This document shows, in pieces, positions 46,406 through 58,512 of a stretch of DNA of 64,000 bases; the first letter of the stretch is position 1; each line of letters opens with the position of its first letter. The translations under genes were made by a program, and so were the position numbers. The notes under the pieces were generated by a model, which had not been told where the DNA came from, made no database searches, and saw nothing but the letters and a program-made list of their open reading frames with translations. The stretch is from contig CAXBME010000005.1 in the NCBI GenBank assembly GCA_963976765.1, positions 62,001-126,000 of the forward strand, read 5' to 3'. This stretch comes from an uncultured Planctomycetaceae bacterium (lineage in GTDB: Bacteria; Planctomycetota; Planctomycetia; Planctomycetales; Planctomycetaceae).

Positions 46406-46668
46406 CTCTTTATACCTTCACCTGGCAGCGACACCGTTCGCTCAGAAGGGTTGCTGTCAACTCCGGCAGCCTCCGAGCCGCATTATACTAGCGATGCCTC
46501 GCTGAAAATTCAGTAACGATGGAAATACTCTGCAAAGTGGTGGGAGCACCACTTGCTGCGACGCGACCGGGACGACGGAAAATACCCTCGGCTTTGTCGT
46601 CAGGCTGGCGACTCAGGCTGATTCTGCAACAGACTGCGTGAGCGTCGCTATGATCCGCTGATGTTCGG

Positions 46669-48096
46669 TCACGCTCGAATGCTGTCGATCGATTTCGCAG
46701 TTCGCTTGTCGGGCCCGAGCCTCCCGGGGACACCCATTGTGGTGAGCATCGTGTTGTAGACGTCGAGGCCTTCCGCGTTGACGTCCAGGATTTCGCCCGT
46801 CTTGAAGCGGCCACCGGCTCCCGTGATGCAGTGGAAAACGCCGGACAGTTCACGTTTCACCTCGTTGTGGCGACCATCTCCGGATTCGGTCGAGATTGTG
46901 ATCAACGAGTTATCCAGAATCGTGCGACCGTTGGCTTCGATCGAATTGGTACCGTCGAGCTGTTTCATGAAGTAGGCGACTTCGTGCAGCTTCATGTGCG
47001 CGTGAGCCCGCAGTTGCTCGTTCCTGTTTTTCTCATTGAACTTGTGCCACCACTCGTGACTGCAGCCGCCCGAACCCGATTTCCTGTGCTGTGCTTCGTC
47101 GTCAAACTGAAAGACCTGACGCCCGTCATACTGATAGTCACCCTTCAGGCGGATGCGCTCACCGGCAGCCAGAAACGTCAGTGATCCGAATCGCACACGG
47201 TCGGTCTGGATCGCCAGAGCGTACAGGTCGGCCATCAATCGCCATTCCGTGGTCAGCTCTTCAAGTGTGATGTCAATCCCCTCGCCGCCCGGATCAGCAG
47301 CCCCACCGTGCAGCAGCCGAGAGTCCGGCGGCAGGTTCGGTGCTCCATCAACCTTGCGCTGCAGTGCGTACGCTCGTTGTTCGTACTCGCGGATGCGTTC
47401 GAGATGTTCGGCGACGCGAGCTTTCGACGTGGCCCCCAATGGTGAATTCTCACCGGTGTAAAATCTGTACTGATCGACCACGGTATCCAGCACGCTGCGT
47501 CGAAGCCTCTGGCGAAAGGCATCTTTGGGATCGCCCGCGAAAACCACAGTCCCGAACACTCGCTCGAAGAGGTCGCGTGGTCGTTCCTGCATAGTGCCCG
47601 CCACGGTGCCATCCGGGTTGTAGCTGTGGACGTAGCGGCCAATCCGGCTGCGACGAAAGAATGTGCCGCCGACCAGCGCCGGAACCATTCCTGGTGGCAT
47701 GCCGTTGGGGTGGTGAGCCCGTCGAATCATCTGATCAATCGACGCTCCACCGGCTTTGGCTTCCCCATCGGGCGGCTCAGCCGTGAACGCGGCGGTCGCG
47801 CCGTCGTAGTGCGCGTTGATCCCCTTCTCGTCGCACCGAACGTGGTCGATGCCGCGCATGATCAGCAGCTTCCTGCTCAGCGGCTTGAGCGGTTCCATGA
47901 CCCCGTCGAATCCCTCAGTCTGAAGCGGAGCCGGAATGCCAAGTCCGAAGAACACATTGAACGCGCGGACCGGAACCGCTTTCTCGGGAGCAGCGATCGC
48001 CGACGAGACCAGCATTTCCTCCAGAAAAGGAAGTCCCACCGTGGCGGCACCCACGCTCTTGAGCATTGTTCGACGGGAAAGCGTTCGATGTGTCAT
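46669..48096 (-). CDS. DUF1552-type Tat-exported protein
   Basis: SRRTMLK..GLPFLE Tat signal; follows DUF1592-type gene. Confidence 0.85.
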   Translation of the reverse strand: MTHRTLSRRTMLKSVGAATVGLPFLEEMLVSSAIAAPEKAVPVRAFNVFFGLGIPAPLQTEGFDGVMEPLKPLSRKLLIMRGIDHVRCDEKGINAHYDGATAAFTAEPPDGEAKAGGASIDQMIRRAHHPNGMPPGMVPALVGGTFFRRSRIGRYVHSYNPDGTVAGTMQERPRDLFERVFGTVVFAGDPKDAFRQRLRRSVLDTVVDQYRFYTGENSPLGATSKARVAEHLERIREYEQRAYALQRKVDGAPNLPPDSRLLHGGAADPGGEGIDITLEELTTEWRLMADLYALAIQTDRVRFGSLTFLAAGERIRLKGDYQYDGRQVFQFDDEAQHRKSGSGGCSHEWWHKFNEKNRNEQLRAHAHMKLHEVAYFMKQLDGTNSIEANGRTILDNSLITISTESGDGRHNEVKRELSGVFHCITGAGGRFKTGEILDVNAEGLDVYNTMLTTMGVPGRLGPDKRTAKSIDSIRA

Positions 48097-48154
48097 GAGT
48101 TAGCTCTTTATGTCATTGGTTCTTGATAAGAAGCTGACAGGAAGATGAATTGCG

Positions 48155-48351
48155 CTATTCAGTGACTCGAGATTGCCGGACCAGGTCACTCAACACAATC
48201 GCGGTCACCAGGCTGGCATAGGTTCCGCCGTTCTTTTGAGCGGCTTTGTGAACGGTCCCCACGACTGGAGCATCCGCTGCGACCAGCGGGCGACCGAGGG
48301 CGAACTGAGTGACTTTCCACGTCAGGCTCTCCTGGACGCGTTCGCTGTCAG
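48155..48351 (-). pseudogene. Detached 3' end of the DUF1592-type gene
   Basis: Removing IS and one TSD restores frame ...MNLLADSERVQESLTWKVTQFALGR...RVTE*. Confidence 0.85.
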
Positions 48352-48359
48352 CCAGCAGG

Positions 48360-49810
48360 GTACTTGTTTACCGAACCGACAGTGTGATGAGGGCAGGTTT
48401 GGTGGCGGTCAGGTTGAGTTTCAGAAAGTTGAGCGGGTTGATGGTTTGCTGAGTGGCGGTGACGAGGACGGTCATCAGGATGGATTGGACTTCGGCTCCG
48501 GTCCAGGTTCGGTTGCCGCCCCAGACTTTGCGGTTGACGACCGCCGGGCGGATGGCCTGCTCGGCTCGCCAGTTGGTGGCATCAACGGTGGGGTCGCGGA
48601 GGAACGTGAACAGGTCGTCGAGATGCTTCTCCAGGTGTTTGGCGAATCGTTCGTTGGCGGCGTGCGATTTGATCGGTGCGACCAGTCCTCGCATGCTTGT
48701 CGTGAACCGACCGGCCAGCACGCGCAGGCCGTGTGCGGTCAGTTCTTCCCGTTTGAAACGATCACGGGCCGTCAGCGCTTTCCGGAACAGGTCCAGCACG
48801 GCGCGAGGGAATCGCACCGCTCCACCGACAGCGGTCTCGAGTAGTTCGTGACAGCGGCGCATCAGGTGCGCCAGACACTGCTGATGCAGTGCCTGCTTGA
48901 ATCGGTCGTAGACGCTCCAGCCGTCGTGAATCAACGTGCCGGAGTACTCTTCGCCCAGCAGCCCGATGGCCGGCTGACCGCTGCGTGTCGGGTCGATCAG
49001 GTAATACGTGAAGTGCTCCGTCACGAAGTCGTGCAGCCAGGCGTTCTCGCCGTTCACCCGCCAGCCGGTTTCATCGCAGACCACTCGCGGCGAACCACGC
49101 ACGTGCTGGCCGATCAGGTCGTAAGACGGCCGCAGCTTCTTCGCCAACCGCTGCTGCGCCCGCCAGTTCGTACTGCGGGAAATGGTGATCCCGAACAGTC
49201 GCTCCACCAGCTGGCGACACTTGCCGTGTGAGAGGCCCAGCTCTTTATTCGCAACGGTCAAGGCCGCCTGCAGGTCAGCTCCGAGCTGGCTGCCCGCCGC
49301 TCCCAGAGCGTCCGAAGTCTGCAGCTCATGCCGACCCTGAACCCGCTCGCCGCAACCCGTGCAATGCCCGACGTGAATGTCGAACTGCCGGTGGATCGGC
49401 TTTCGCGGGATGTCCGTCTGGTACTGCGAGCAGATTGCGTCTTCGGTCAGTTCGCCACAGCCACACTGTGGGCAGCACTCCGGCAATGGAACATTCCAGT
49501 GTTCATCAATCTGCTCGGGAATCGTTCGCCGTGCCTGCGTCCCGTAATCGTCACCTGGCTTGCGACCGGGCTTTTTCGGAACAGCCACCTTCGGCTTCCG
49601 AAAAGGAGTCGCCTGTCGCTTGCCCGCACGCTGAGATGCTTCGAGAGCTTTCTGCAGCTTCTCGACCTGTTCCTTCAACTGCTCAAGCTCAACCGAGAGA
49701 CTCCTGCAACCGCCGCATTCAGAGTGTTGTTCGTCGTCTTCATCCATCATCAACGAAAGCTAAACACACACGCCAAAATGCGCAACCCCATTCAGGCGGT
49801 AATCAAGTAC
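48360..49810 (-). mobile_element. IS66-family insertion sequence, single-ORF (ISBst12-like), 1451 bp
   Basis: Terminal IRs GTACTTGTTTACCG / CGGTAATCAAGTAC; 8-bp TSD CCAGCAGG at 48352-48359 and 49811-49818. Confidence 0.92.
48368..49753 (-). CDS. IS66 family DDE transposase
   Basis: Coiled coil, CxxC finger, CDETG, HDG, CLAHL, TNWRAEQAIR. Confidence 0.93.
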   Translation of the reverse strand: MMMDEDDEQHSECGGCRSLSVELEQLKEQVEKLQKALEASQRAGKRQATPFRKPKVAVPKKPGRKPGDDYGTQARRTIPEQIDEHWNVPLPECCPQCGCGELTEDAICSQYQTDIPRKPIHRQFDIHVGHCTGCGERVQGRHELQTSDALGAAGSQLGADLQAALTVANKELGLSHGKCRQLVERLFGITISRSTNWRAQQRLAKKLRPSYDLIGQHVRGSPRVVCDETGWRVNGENAWLHDFVTEHFTYYLIDPTRSGQPAIGLLGEEYSGTLIHDGWSVYDRFKQALHQQCLAHLMRRCHELLETAVGGAVRFPRAVLDLFRKALTARDRFKREELTAHGLRVLAGRFTTSMRGLVAPIKSHAANERFAKHLEKHLDDLFTFLRDPTVDATNWRAEQAIRPAVVNRKVWGGNRTWTGAEVQSILMTVLVTATQQTINPLNFLKLNLTATKPALITLSVR

Positions 49811-52247
49811 CCAGCAGGTTCATCAGCTCGGCGGCTGACTTGTACTTGACCGGCTCGGCCTCACCGGGGAACAGCACCTCGCCGTCCTCACGCAAAGCGT
49901 TTCCAAAACTGTCCCTGTCGTGCCAGGTACCGATGCCGTCGAATTTTTCCAGACCGTAGGCGAGCGGTTCGAAACGCACGTGACACACTCCGCATTGTTC
50001 GTTGGCGACGCGAGTTTCGGCGATCCCACGCTGAGTCAACCCGGCTTTCGTGGGAGGCGGAACCACGTTCACACAGGGCGGTGGAGCATTGACTGTGCCT
50101 CTCAACAGGTCATGCAGCACAAACAGACCACGTGACACCATCGACGCGTTGTCGCCGCCAATCGTCAGCACGCTGCCCTGAGTCAATAAACCGCCACGTC
50201 CGGAAATCGCTGCCACGTCGTACTTCGTCAAGCCGTTGCCTGCTGGCTTCAAGCCGTAATGGCTGGCAAGTCGCGGAGTCGCAAACGTCACTTGAGCATT
50301 CAACAGTTCTGCAAGGGGGCGATTCTGCTCCCATGCGACTTCTTTGAAGAACGCCAGTGTTTCGTCGCGCATGTCCGCAGCCAGGTCGGCGTTCCAGTCA
50401 GGAAAACGCTTCCTGTTCGGCTGCAGGTTGGACAGCCGACCGAGGTTGAGCCATTCAGAAACGAAAACCAGCGACTGATCAACAGCACGCGGATCGTTCA
50501 GCATCCGCTGTACCTGAGCCTCCAGCTTCTCGTGGTTTGCGAGGTCCCCTCGATCAGCAGCCTGCATCAGCGAGTCGTCCGGTGGTCCACCCCAGATGAT
50601 GTAACTGAGCCGCGACGCCAGTTCGTACGGCCCGACGGGACGTGGTGAACCGCTGCCGTGCTGATTCTCGATGCGGTAGACGAATCGCGGTGACTGGATC
50701 ATCGCCTCGACGATGTAGCTCATGGCGTCTTTGAAGTCGCCGCCTGCGCTCGCCACCGTGGTCGCAATGCCGCTGTAGTCATTGATTTCCTGCGGAGTCA
50801 GCGGACCTCGCAACAGCCACTTGCCCATTGCTGCGACCTGATCGCGCATCGTGTCGTCTGTGGAAAGCTTGCGGCTTTTCGAGATCTTCCCGGCAAACGT
50901 CAGCACGTCCATCTGGCTGACAATGATCTCGGCGAGCTTCGCGTACGCCTCGACATGCTTGAGGTCCACGCTCAGGTTGTACGCCGTGTTACTGAATCCG
51001 TCGGCTCGCAGGTCTGGTGGCAGAACCTCGCGAGCTTCTTTCGAAATATCCACGCCGACCGTGCTGCGGACGGTCTCGATGTATTCGGGTACGGTCAGTC
51101 GCTGCACCCACACTTCGCCAGCGTGGCCTTCGTGCTGATAGATTGCCGGATCGATGACTTCGACGGGCCACACGGCACCACCGTCCAGCCATTCTTTAAG
51201 AACCGACTTTTCTTCGGAGGACAGCGGCGGACGACTCTTCGGCATCTCGCTGGTCGCCACGGATTCCCACAACAGACTGTCGGCGGCTTTGCCGGGAGTG
51301 ATGACCCTGCCACTCTCGCCACCGGCCATCGCTTCTGTTCTGCGGGACAGGTCCAGCCCTCCCTTATGAACAGCCGGATCGTGACACTCGATGCAGTGTT
51401 CGGCGAACAACGGAGCGATCCGCGTATTAAACAGTTTCGTTTGCGAGGCGAGTCGCATCTCGGCAGCACGTTCTTCAGCAGACTTCGAACCGGCTCTGTT
51501 GCCAGCGACGAAATTCTGCTCCACGTCACTCGCCGACAGAGCCCGGTCGAAGATGGCGACAAGGTGCAGTTCACCGAGCCACGGCCGATCACCAGTGACT
51601 TCGTTGGCCAGAGACAGCCGCTGGCTCGTATCCCAGTTCGCCGCGTTGCCCGCCGCCTTGCCTCGCGTGACTTGTTTTCCGTCCAGATAAATCGTTGTCG
51701 AACCGGCAGTATCCCGTGTGTAGACAACGTGGGTTAGACGCGTCTGCAGAGACTTCTTCGGCGACCCTGTTGACGGAATGCCGTTGGTGCTGGTTCGGGT
51801 TGTGCGCAGTCGCACATCAAAGATGTCGCCGTCCTGCCCGAGCGTTACGTTTCGCCCGCTGGTGTCCTGCGAAATTGACACGATGCGAGCTGGGCCGGAT
51901 TGCGTGGTCTTTGCAGGTCTCAGCCATGCTTCAATGGTGATGGCATTTGATCGACGAACGGCGTCGATGATCTTTCGAGCTGGCTGAGTGGACACGATCT
52001 TCGCCGAGTCCTTGACGGTCAGCCCGTCGTCCGACCAGCTCACGTTCGATGCCTTGTCGATGGTGAGATCAACCGCCTGTCCCACTCCAGAACGATCATG
52101 CACCGTGGTGCCGCTGCCTTCAGCAAAGTCGTACAACGCAACCAGCCCGCGCGAGTCGCGTGTCGCAGCACTCTGAGCAACAATCTGTGAGACGGTACTG
52201 GCGATCACCAGCGAAGCAAGCAGAAACATTTCGAGTCGCAGCATCAT
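49811..52247 (-). pseudogene. LamG + cytochrome c + DUF1587/1592/1588-type protein, interrupted by IS66
   Basis: CIECH, RLTVPEY, YELASRLSY, CGVCH; truncated at IS. Confidence 0.85.
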
Positions 52248-52559
52248 TGGGATCTTTCAATACACAGTCTTAAGAGCCTGTCATCTTCCTGTCCTGTAAT
52301 TTTCCTGTCAGGCGTTAAGAACGCAGCTGCGTTACGGCTTCAAAGCTCGTGGGGTTAAGCGATCTGGCACTCGCACCGTTTCCGGCGGCGCTCGGCGTCA
52401 CGATGCTTCTCGCGGACGTTTCTCTGAGCTCTGACAGTTCTACTCGATTGCCAGCGGCCAGCACAGAGTTCGGCACGGGCGTGTTCGCTCAGCGTCACCG
52501 CGCCGGCAGTAGTCGGTCAGCCATTTTCGCACGACCGTGGGGCGCGTTAACGCGTTGCG

Positions 52560-55500
52560 TCAGAGGGCAGACTCAACCCAGGTCGGCAGCGTGATCGAGA
52601 AAATCTCATCGATCTCGTCAGGCTCGCCGTCAACAACGTCGCCGGTGTCAGCGCCTGTACCGCTACCGCCTGCCAGAATGTCGGAGCCACTTTGACCTTT
52701 AACAACGTCGACGCCCGACATTCCGATTGCGAGGTCGTTGCCGGATCCGCCGTAGAGGCTGTCGTTGCCCGAGCCACCAAACAGGACGTCGTTTCCGGCT
52801 CCGCCGTTTACGATGTCGTTTCCGGCTCCGCCGTCCAGACCGTCGTTTCCGGACTGGCCGAACAGAACGTCGTCGTCATCGCCGCCGACAAGTGTGTCGT
52901 CGTCGTCTCCCCCATCGAGTGTGTCGGCCCCAGCCTCACCCAGCAGGCTGTCATCGCCTGCTCCGCCGTTGAGCTGGTCGTTGCCGGCAGCGCCGATGAG
53001 CGTGTCCTGATCATCGCCGCCGTTAAGAACGTCTGAGCCATTACCGCCATCCAGGCTGTCATCGCCCGAGCCACCGTTGAGCAGATCGTTGCCCGACTCA
53101 CCGAACAGTGTGTCCTGGCCATCGTCGCCACTTAAGGTGTCGCTGCCAGCTCCGCCGTTTAGTTCATCGTTGCCTGAACCGCCGAAGAGCTCATCTCGCG
53201 AGCCGCCTTGACCTCGTAATCGATCGTTGCCGGCTCCTCCATCCAGAGTGTCGCTTCCGGCTGAACCAAGCAGCGTGTCGTCTCCTGAATTTCCAAGCAG
53301 GCTGTCGTTACCGGCGTAGCCGATCAGGATGTCGTCTCCGGAACCGCCAATCAATGTGTCAGCGCCGCTGAACCCACGGAGAATGGTATTCCCGGAAAAT
53401 GACGAAGCGTCGATCCGATTTGCGAGGAAACCACCGCTCAGCTCGGCCAGTTCCAGGTTGACTAACTGATCGGTGCCGACGCCAGTGAGTGAAACGTCCG
53501 TCAACGTAAAGTCGACATTTCCCGATTCCATAAGTTTGTCCGTACCGTCGCCGCCATCAATCGTATCGTCACCCAGACCGCCGACCAGCTGGTCATCGCC
53601 GGACTGACCACGGACATCGTCGTTGCCGTTCTCGCCATCAATCGTGTCGCTGCCCGCTCCGCCGAGTACGAGATCGTCACCCTCGCCACCAAAGACTTCG
53701 TCGTCGTCGGCACCGCCGTTAACAATGTCGTTACCCTGGCCGCCGAGCAGGCTGTCGTTACCTTCGTCGCCGAATAGCTGATCGTCGTTGTCTGACCCGA
53801 TGACGGTGTCGTCACCAGCTCCGGCGGACACCGTGACCGGTCCTGCAAACAGACTTGCATCAATTGTGTTGGCCGATGCGCCGCCAGTCAGCGATGCCTG
53901 CTCAATCTCAAAAAACAGGTCGATGCCAACGCCGATCAATGACGAAGCGCCGATCGTAAAGTTGGTGTCGCCGGATTCTTCAATCGTGTCCGTACCGTCT
54001 CCGCCGACTAATGTGTCGTCCCCGGTATGCCCTCTGAGCAGGTCGTCGTCGCCATTTCCGAACAGGATGTCGTTACCGGATCCTCCGATCAGAGTGTCGT
54101 TGCCGGCGTTGCCATTCAGGTTCAATCCACGAGTCGCAGCGGCGCCATTCAAGGTGTCGTTTCCGGCACCGCCACGGACATCAATTGTGGCGGTGAATCC
54201 GGAATCGATGGCGAGAATCGTTACTGAATCATCCCCTCCGCCAGCGTCGATAATGATCGTGCCGGTCGCATTGACGAAGTGAACGGTTTCGCTGGAAGAA
54301 ACGCTCGACAGTCGCATGATTCCGTTGCCGGGGATGCCTTCGTCGTCGAGCGTGATGATGTCGGACGTCGGGCCGAATTCGAAGAATCGAGTCATCGCGA
54401 CAATTGAATCAAAGATTGGTTCCAGGCCGGCATAGAAGACGGAAGTGTTCGAGGCGTCTGCGATAAGTACCGAACCGTCACTGGCGTTTGTGAAGCTGTG
54501 AAGGATGCTGTTGACCGGGCTGCCCTGCAACGCCAGCGAGTCGTTGCCCAGCTGACCATTGAAACTGATGACATCTGAAACGGAGTGGTCGATGTCCAGC
54601 AAGTCGTCGCCATCGCCACCATCGACGAGGATTTCACCGGTGAATGCCGAATCGATTGACCTGATTGAGATGGTATCGTTGCCGCTGCCGCCAGCCAGAA
54701 GTAGATCGTCTGCTCCTGTCGCGAAGCTGACCGGGGGATCGCCGTTCAGGACATACTCGGACATTCCGTTACCGGCAATTCCGTCGTCCTGAATGATCAG
54801 CGAGTTTGACATGTTGCTCGCCAGAATGATTGTTGGCTGGTAAGCGCTTCCGCCGTCAACCTGCCATCCCAGATCGTTCAACGCGGCATAGTCGAGAGCC
54901 GTAAGGTTTTTTCGGACGCCATCGGGGATGTCTGGATCAAGTGCCACTTCTGTGCCGTTGTCCTGCAGATTCTGTCGCCAGTGACCAGGGTCTTCGAGCG
55001 GCACCGGGCCAGCACCATCGTACTCAAGAATCGCAGACGAACCGACAAACAGTCCCCCCGACACAAGGTTGTTAAACGACGGAACTGTTCCGAATCCGAT
55101 GACATGAGCCAGTTCATGAATCGCGGTTGAGTAGAAATCGAACTCACCGGCATCCAGACCGGTCGTCGACAGGCCGAAATGCCAGTTCGCTGATTCGTCA
55201 AACGCGATCGACCCTCCAAACGGAGCGAAGTCCGTCTGCTGATTGTCGGGGCCGAGTGCTCCCGCCTGGCCACGTCCGAGAACCGTGTCGACCCATTGCT
55301 GGACCCCGGTGACGCTGCTGGCAAATCCCGGCCCGCCACTGCCCAGCGAACCGCCAAGATCGCGAGCACCGACATAGACTCGGATGATGTTTTCCCCAAC
55401 GATCAGATCATTGACGTTAAACGTGCCGCCGGTTGCGGGATCTTCAAAGGTCGCGGTCCATGTGTCAGCGACGTTGAACTTATGCGGGATGATTTCCAGG

Positions 55501-55760
55501 ATCGTATCCTGAAGTCGGCTGCCCAGTTCGTTGCCCGCCTGCTCCAGAACCTGCCGTCGTTCCGGGTGGTTGATCGGATCGAAGAAGTCTGTCGCGTCGA
55601 GCGAATAGTCAAACTGAAAGGTGATCGCCGGAAGAATTCGCGCTTGCAGGGTTTCGGCCTGAGGACTGACGACTGTCTGGTCGAGCTGCGCGCGACGCCC
55701 CTGTTGAACCCGTCGGTTCATTCGATTCTTTATCAAGGCTGCCCACCTGGACATCAGCAC
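52560..55760 (-). CDS. Extracellular zinc-metallopeptidase-like protein with RTX Ca-binding repeats
   Basis: ETLQARILPA motif, HELAHVIG, many GGxGxD repeats. Confidence 0.85.
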   Translation of the reverse strand: MLMSRWAALIKNRMNRRVQQGRRAQLDQTVVSPQAETLQARILPAITFQFDYSLDATDFFDPINHPERRQVLEQAGNELGSRLQDTILEIIPHKFNVADTWTATFEDPATGGTFNVNDLIVGENIIRVYVGARDLGGSLGSGGPGFASSVTGVQQWVDTVLGRGQAGALGPDNQQTDFAPFGGSIAFDESANWHFGLSTTGLDAGEFDFYSTAIHELAHVIGFGTVPSFNNLVSGGLFVGSSAILEYDGAGPVPLEDPGHWRQNLQDNGTEVALDPDIPDGVRKNLTALDYAALNDLGWQVDGGSAYQPTIILASNMSNSLIIQDDGIAGNGMSEYVLNGDPPVSFATGADDLLLAGGSGNDTISIRSIDSAFTGEILVDGGDGDDLLDIDHSVSDVISFNGQLGNDSLALQGSPVNSILHSFTNASDGSVLIADASNTSVFYAGLEPIFDSIVAMTRFFEFGPTSDIITLDDEGIPGNGIMRLSSVSSSETVHFVNATGTIIIDAGGGDDSVTILAIDSGFTATIDVRGGAGNDTLNGAAATRGLNLNGNAGNDTLIGGSGNDILFGNGDDDLLRGHTGDDTLVGGDGTDTIEESGDTNFTIGASSLIGVGIDLFFEIEQASLTGGASANTIDASLFAGPVTVSAGAGDDTVIGSDNDDQLFGDEGNDSLLGGQGNDIVNGGADDDEVFGGEGDDLVLGGAGSDTIDGENGNDDVRGQSGDDQLVGGLGDDTIDGGDGTDKLMESGNVDFTLTDVSLTGVGTDQLVNLELAELSGGFLANRIDASSFSGNTILRGFSGADTLIGGSGDDILIGYAGNDSLLGNSGDDTLLGSAGSDTLDGGAGNDRLRGQGGSRDELFGGSGNDELNGGAGSDTLSGDDGQDTLFGESGNDLLNGGSGDDSLDGGNGSDVLNGGDDQDTLIGAAGNDQLNGGAGDDSLLGEAGADTLDGGDDDDTLVGGDDDDVLFGQSGNDGLDGGAGNDIVNGGAGNDVLFGGSGNDSLYGGSGNDLAIGMSGVDVVKGQSGSDILAGGSGTGADTGDVVDGEPDEIDEIFSITLPTWVESAL

Positions 55761-56468
55761 TCGGGGTCGCTCCTTAATTCATGGCCGGAATCATCACACC
55801 GGGACGATTCGGACGGCAATATCTGCATTTGATTGAACTGCCAGGGTCGACAGTCGTCATCCAGTCGCCGGTATGACCCCAGCAGATTGGATGACAACGA
55901 CAAAAAACGGATCGACCAGCCGAGCAGTCCAATCGGCGGGCTGTCGCTACCGAATGTACCCGGTTCGGTAGGCCGTTGTGATTGGGGAATTCACTGACTT
56001 TTCCGAAATTTTATCACTTAACAAACCGTCGACGTTCAGGTTGGCCTCAAAGTTCCCCCAAAGTTGGTGCGCTCCGGAAGTTCGACCAATTTGTTGTGAT
56101 TGTCGTTTGGATGGGCAGGTAACGAGGTTCGTTTGCCAGTTCCCCACCGCCAGATTCACGCTTTGATGAGTGAACGAATTTCAGACTGGCGAATCCACTC
56201 CGTTCTACGATTCAGAACGAGGGTTCATAGATTTCACGATGCTGCGCCTGAAACTTTCGCCCTGACATTCTTCTCGGCTCGGTTGGCTTCTCGGCAGTAC
56301 CCGATAACCAGTAGGATGCTTTCCTTGATTTTGCAGGTCACGTACTTTCCGTGATCCGCATCGTCGACACGTGAAGGATTCGTTACATCGTTCACCGAAC
56401 CTGTTCGGAATGCCCAGTGCGGCAGACCAGCCACGCTGGACTGCGAATTGAAATGTCGAAGGAGTGTC

Positions 56469-57515
<1,047 letters not shown>

Positions 57516-58512
57516 GGAAATCTCACGGATTTCCCGTCTGGAGGTCCGGGCTCGTCGAATCGTCGAAGGTTTCTTATCCGGTCTGCACCGCAGCCCGTAC
57601 TTCGGCCAGTCGATCGAGTTCGTACAGCACCGGGAGTACGCGCCTGGAGACGACGTCCGCCACATCGACTGGAAGGTCTGGTCGAAAACCGATCAGTACT
57701 TCATTAAGCAGTACGAAGAGGAAACCAATCTCCGCACCACTTTGCTGGTCGACCTGAGCGAATCGATGAAGTTCGGATCGGGCGAGATCACCAAATACGA
57801 CTACGGATGCACCATCGCCGCCGCACTGACTTACCTCCTGCTTCGGCAACAGGACGCCGTCGGAGCCGTCACCTTCGACGAGGCCATCCGCAGCCAGGTG
57901 CCGCATCTCAGCAAGACAACACACCTCAACGCCGTGCTGGCCTCACTTGACTCTCAAAAGCCAGCTAAGAAAACGGACATCTTCGAAATCCTGCAGAAGG
58001 TCGCTGAGCAACAATCCCGCCGCGGACTGATCGTTCTGATTTCTGACCTGTTCGTGCCTCGCGAAGGATTATTCAAAGGACTCAACCTGCTGCGTTACCG
58101 AGGGCACGACGTTCTGCTGTTTCACGTGCTCGACGACGCGGAACTCGATTTCGATTACTCAGGATCAACACGCTTCGAAGGTCTGGAAGAAGCCGGCGAA
58201 CTGGTTTGCGACCCGCGATCACTCCGCGAAGGTTACCTCGAAGCCATGAACCACTATTTGGAAGAACTCCGCCGCTTCTGCTCTCGAGGCAGGATCGACT
58301 ACCAGACCATCCGCACCAGCGAGCACATCGACGCCGTCCTCGCCCACTACCTCAACCACCGCATCGGCATGCAGCAATCTGGTCGCCAGTAACTCACCAT
58401 TGATATCAGAAAGAATATGGACCACGAAAATACGAATGACACCAAAGAAAACTGCCAGACAGTCTTGCGTTTTCGTGTCGTTCGTTTCTTTCGTGGTTGA
58501 AAATAAACGGTA

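Noticed and set aside
52600..54200. Repetitive GC-rich DNA
   Set aside because: Explained by RTX GGxGxD coding repeats
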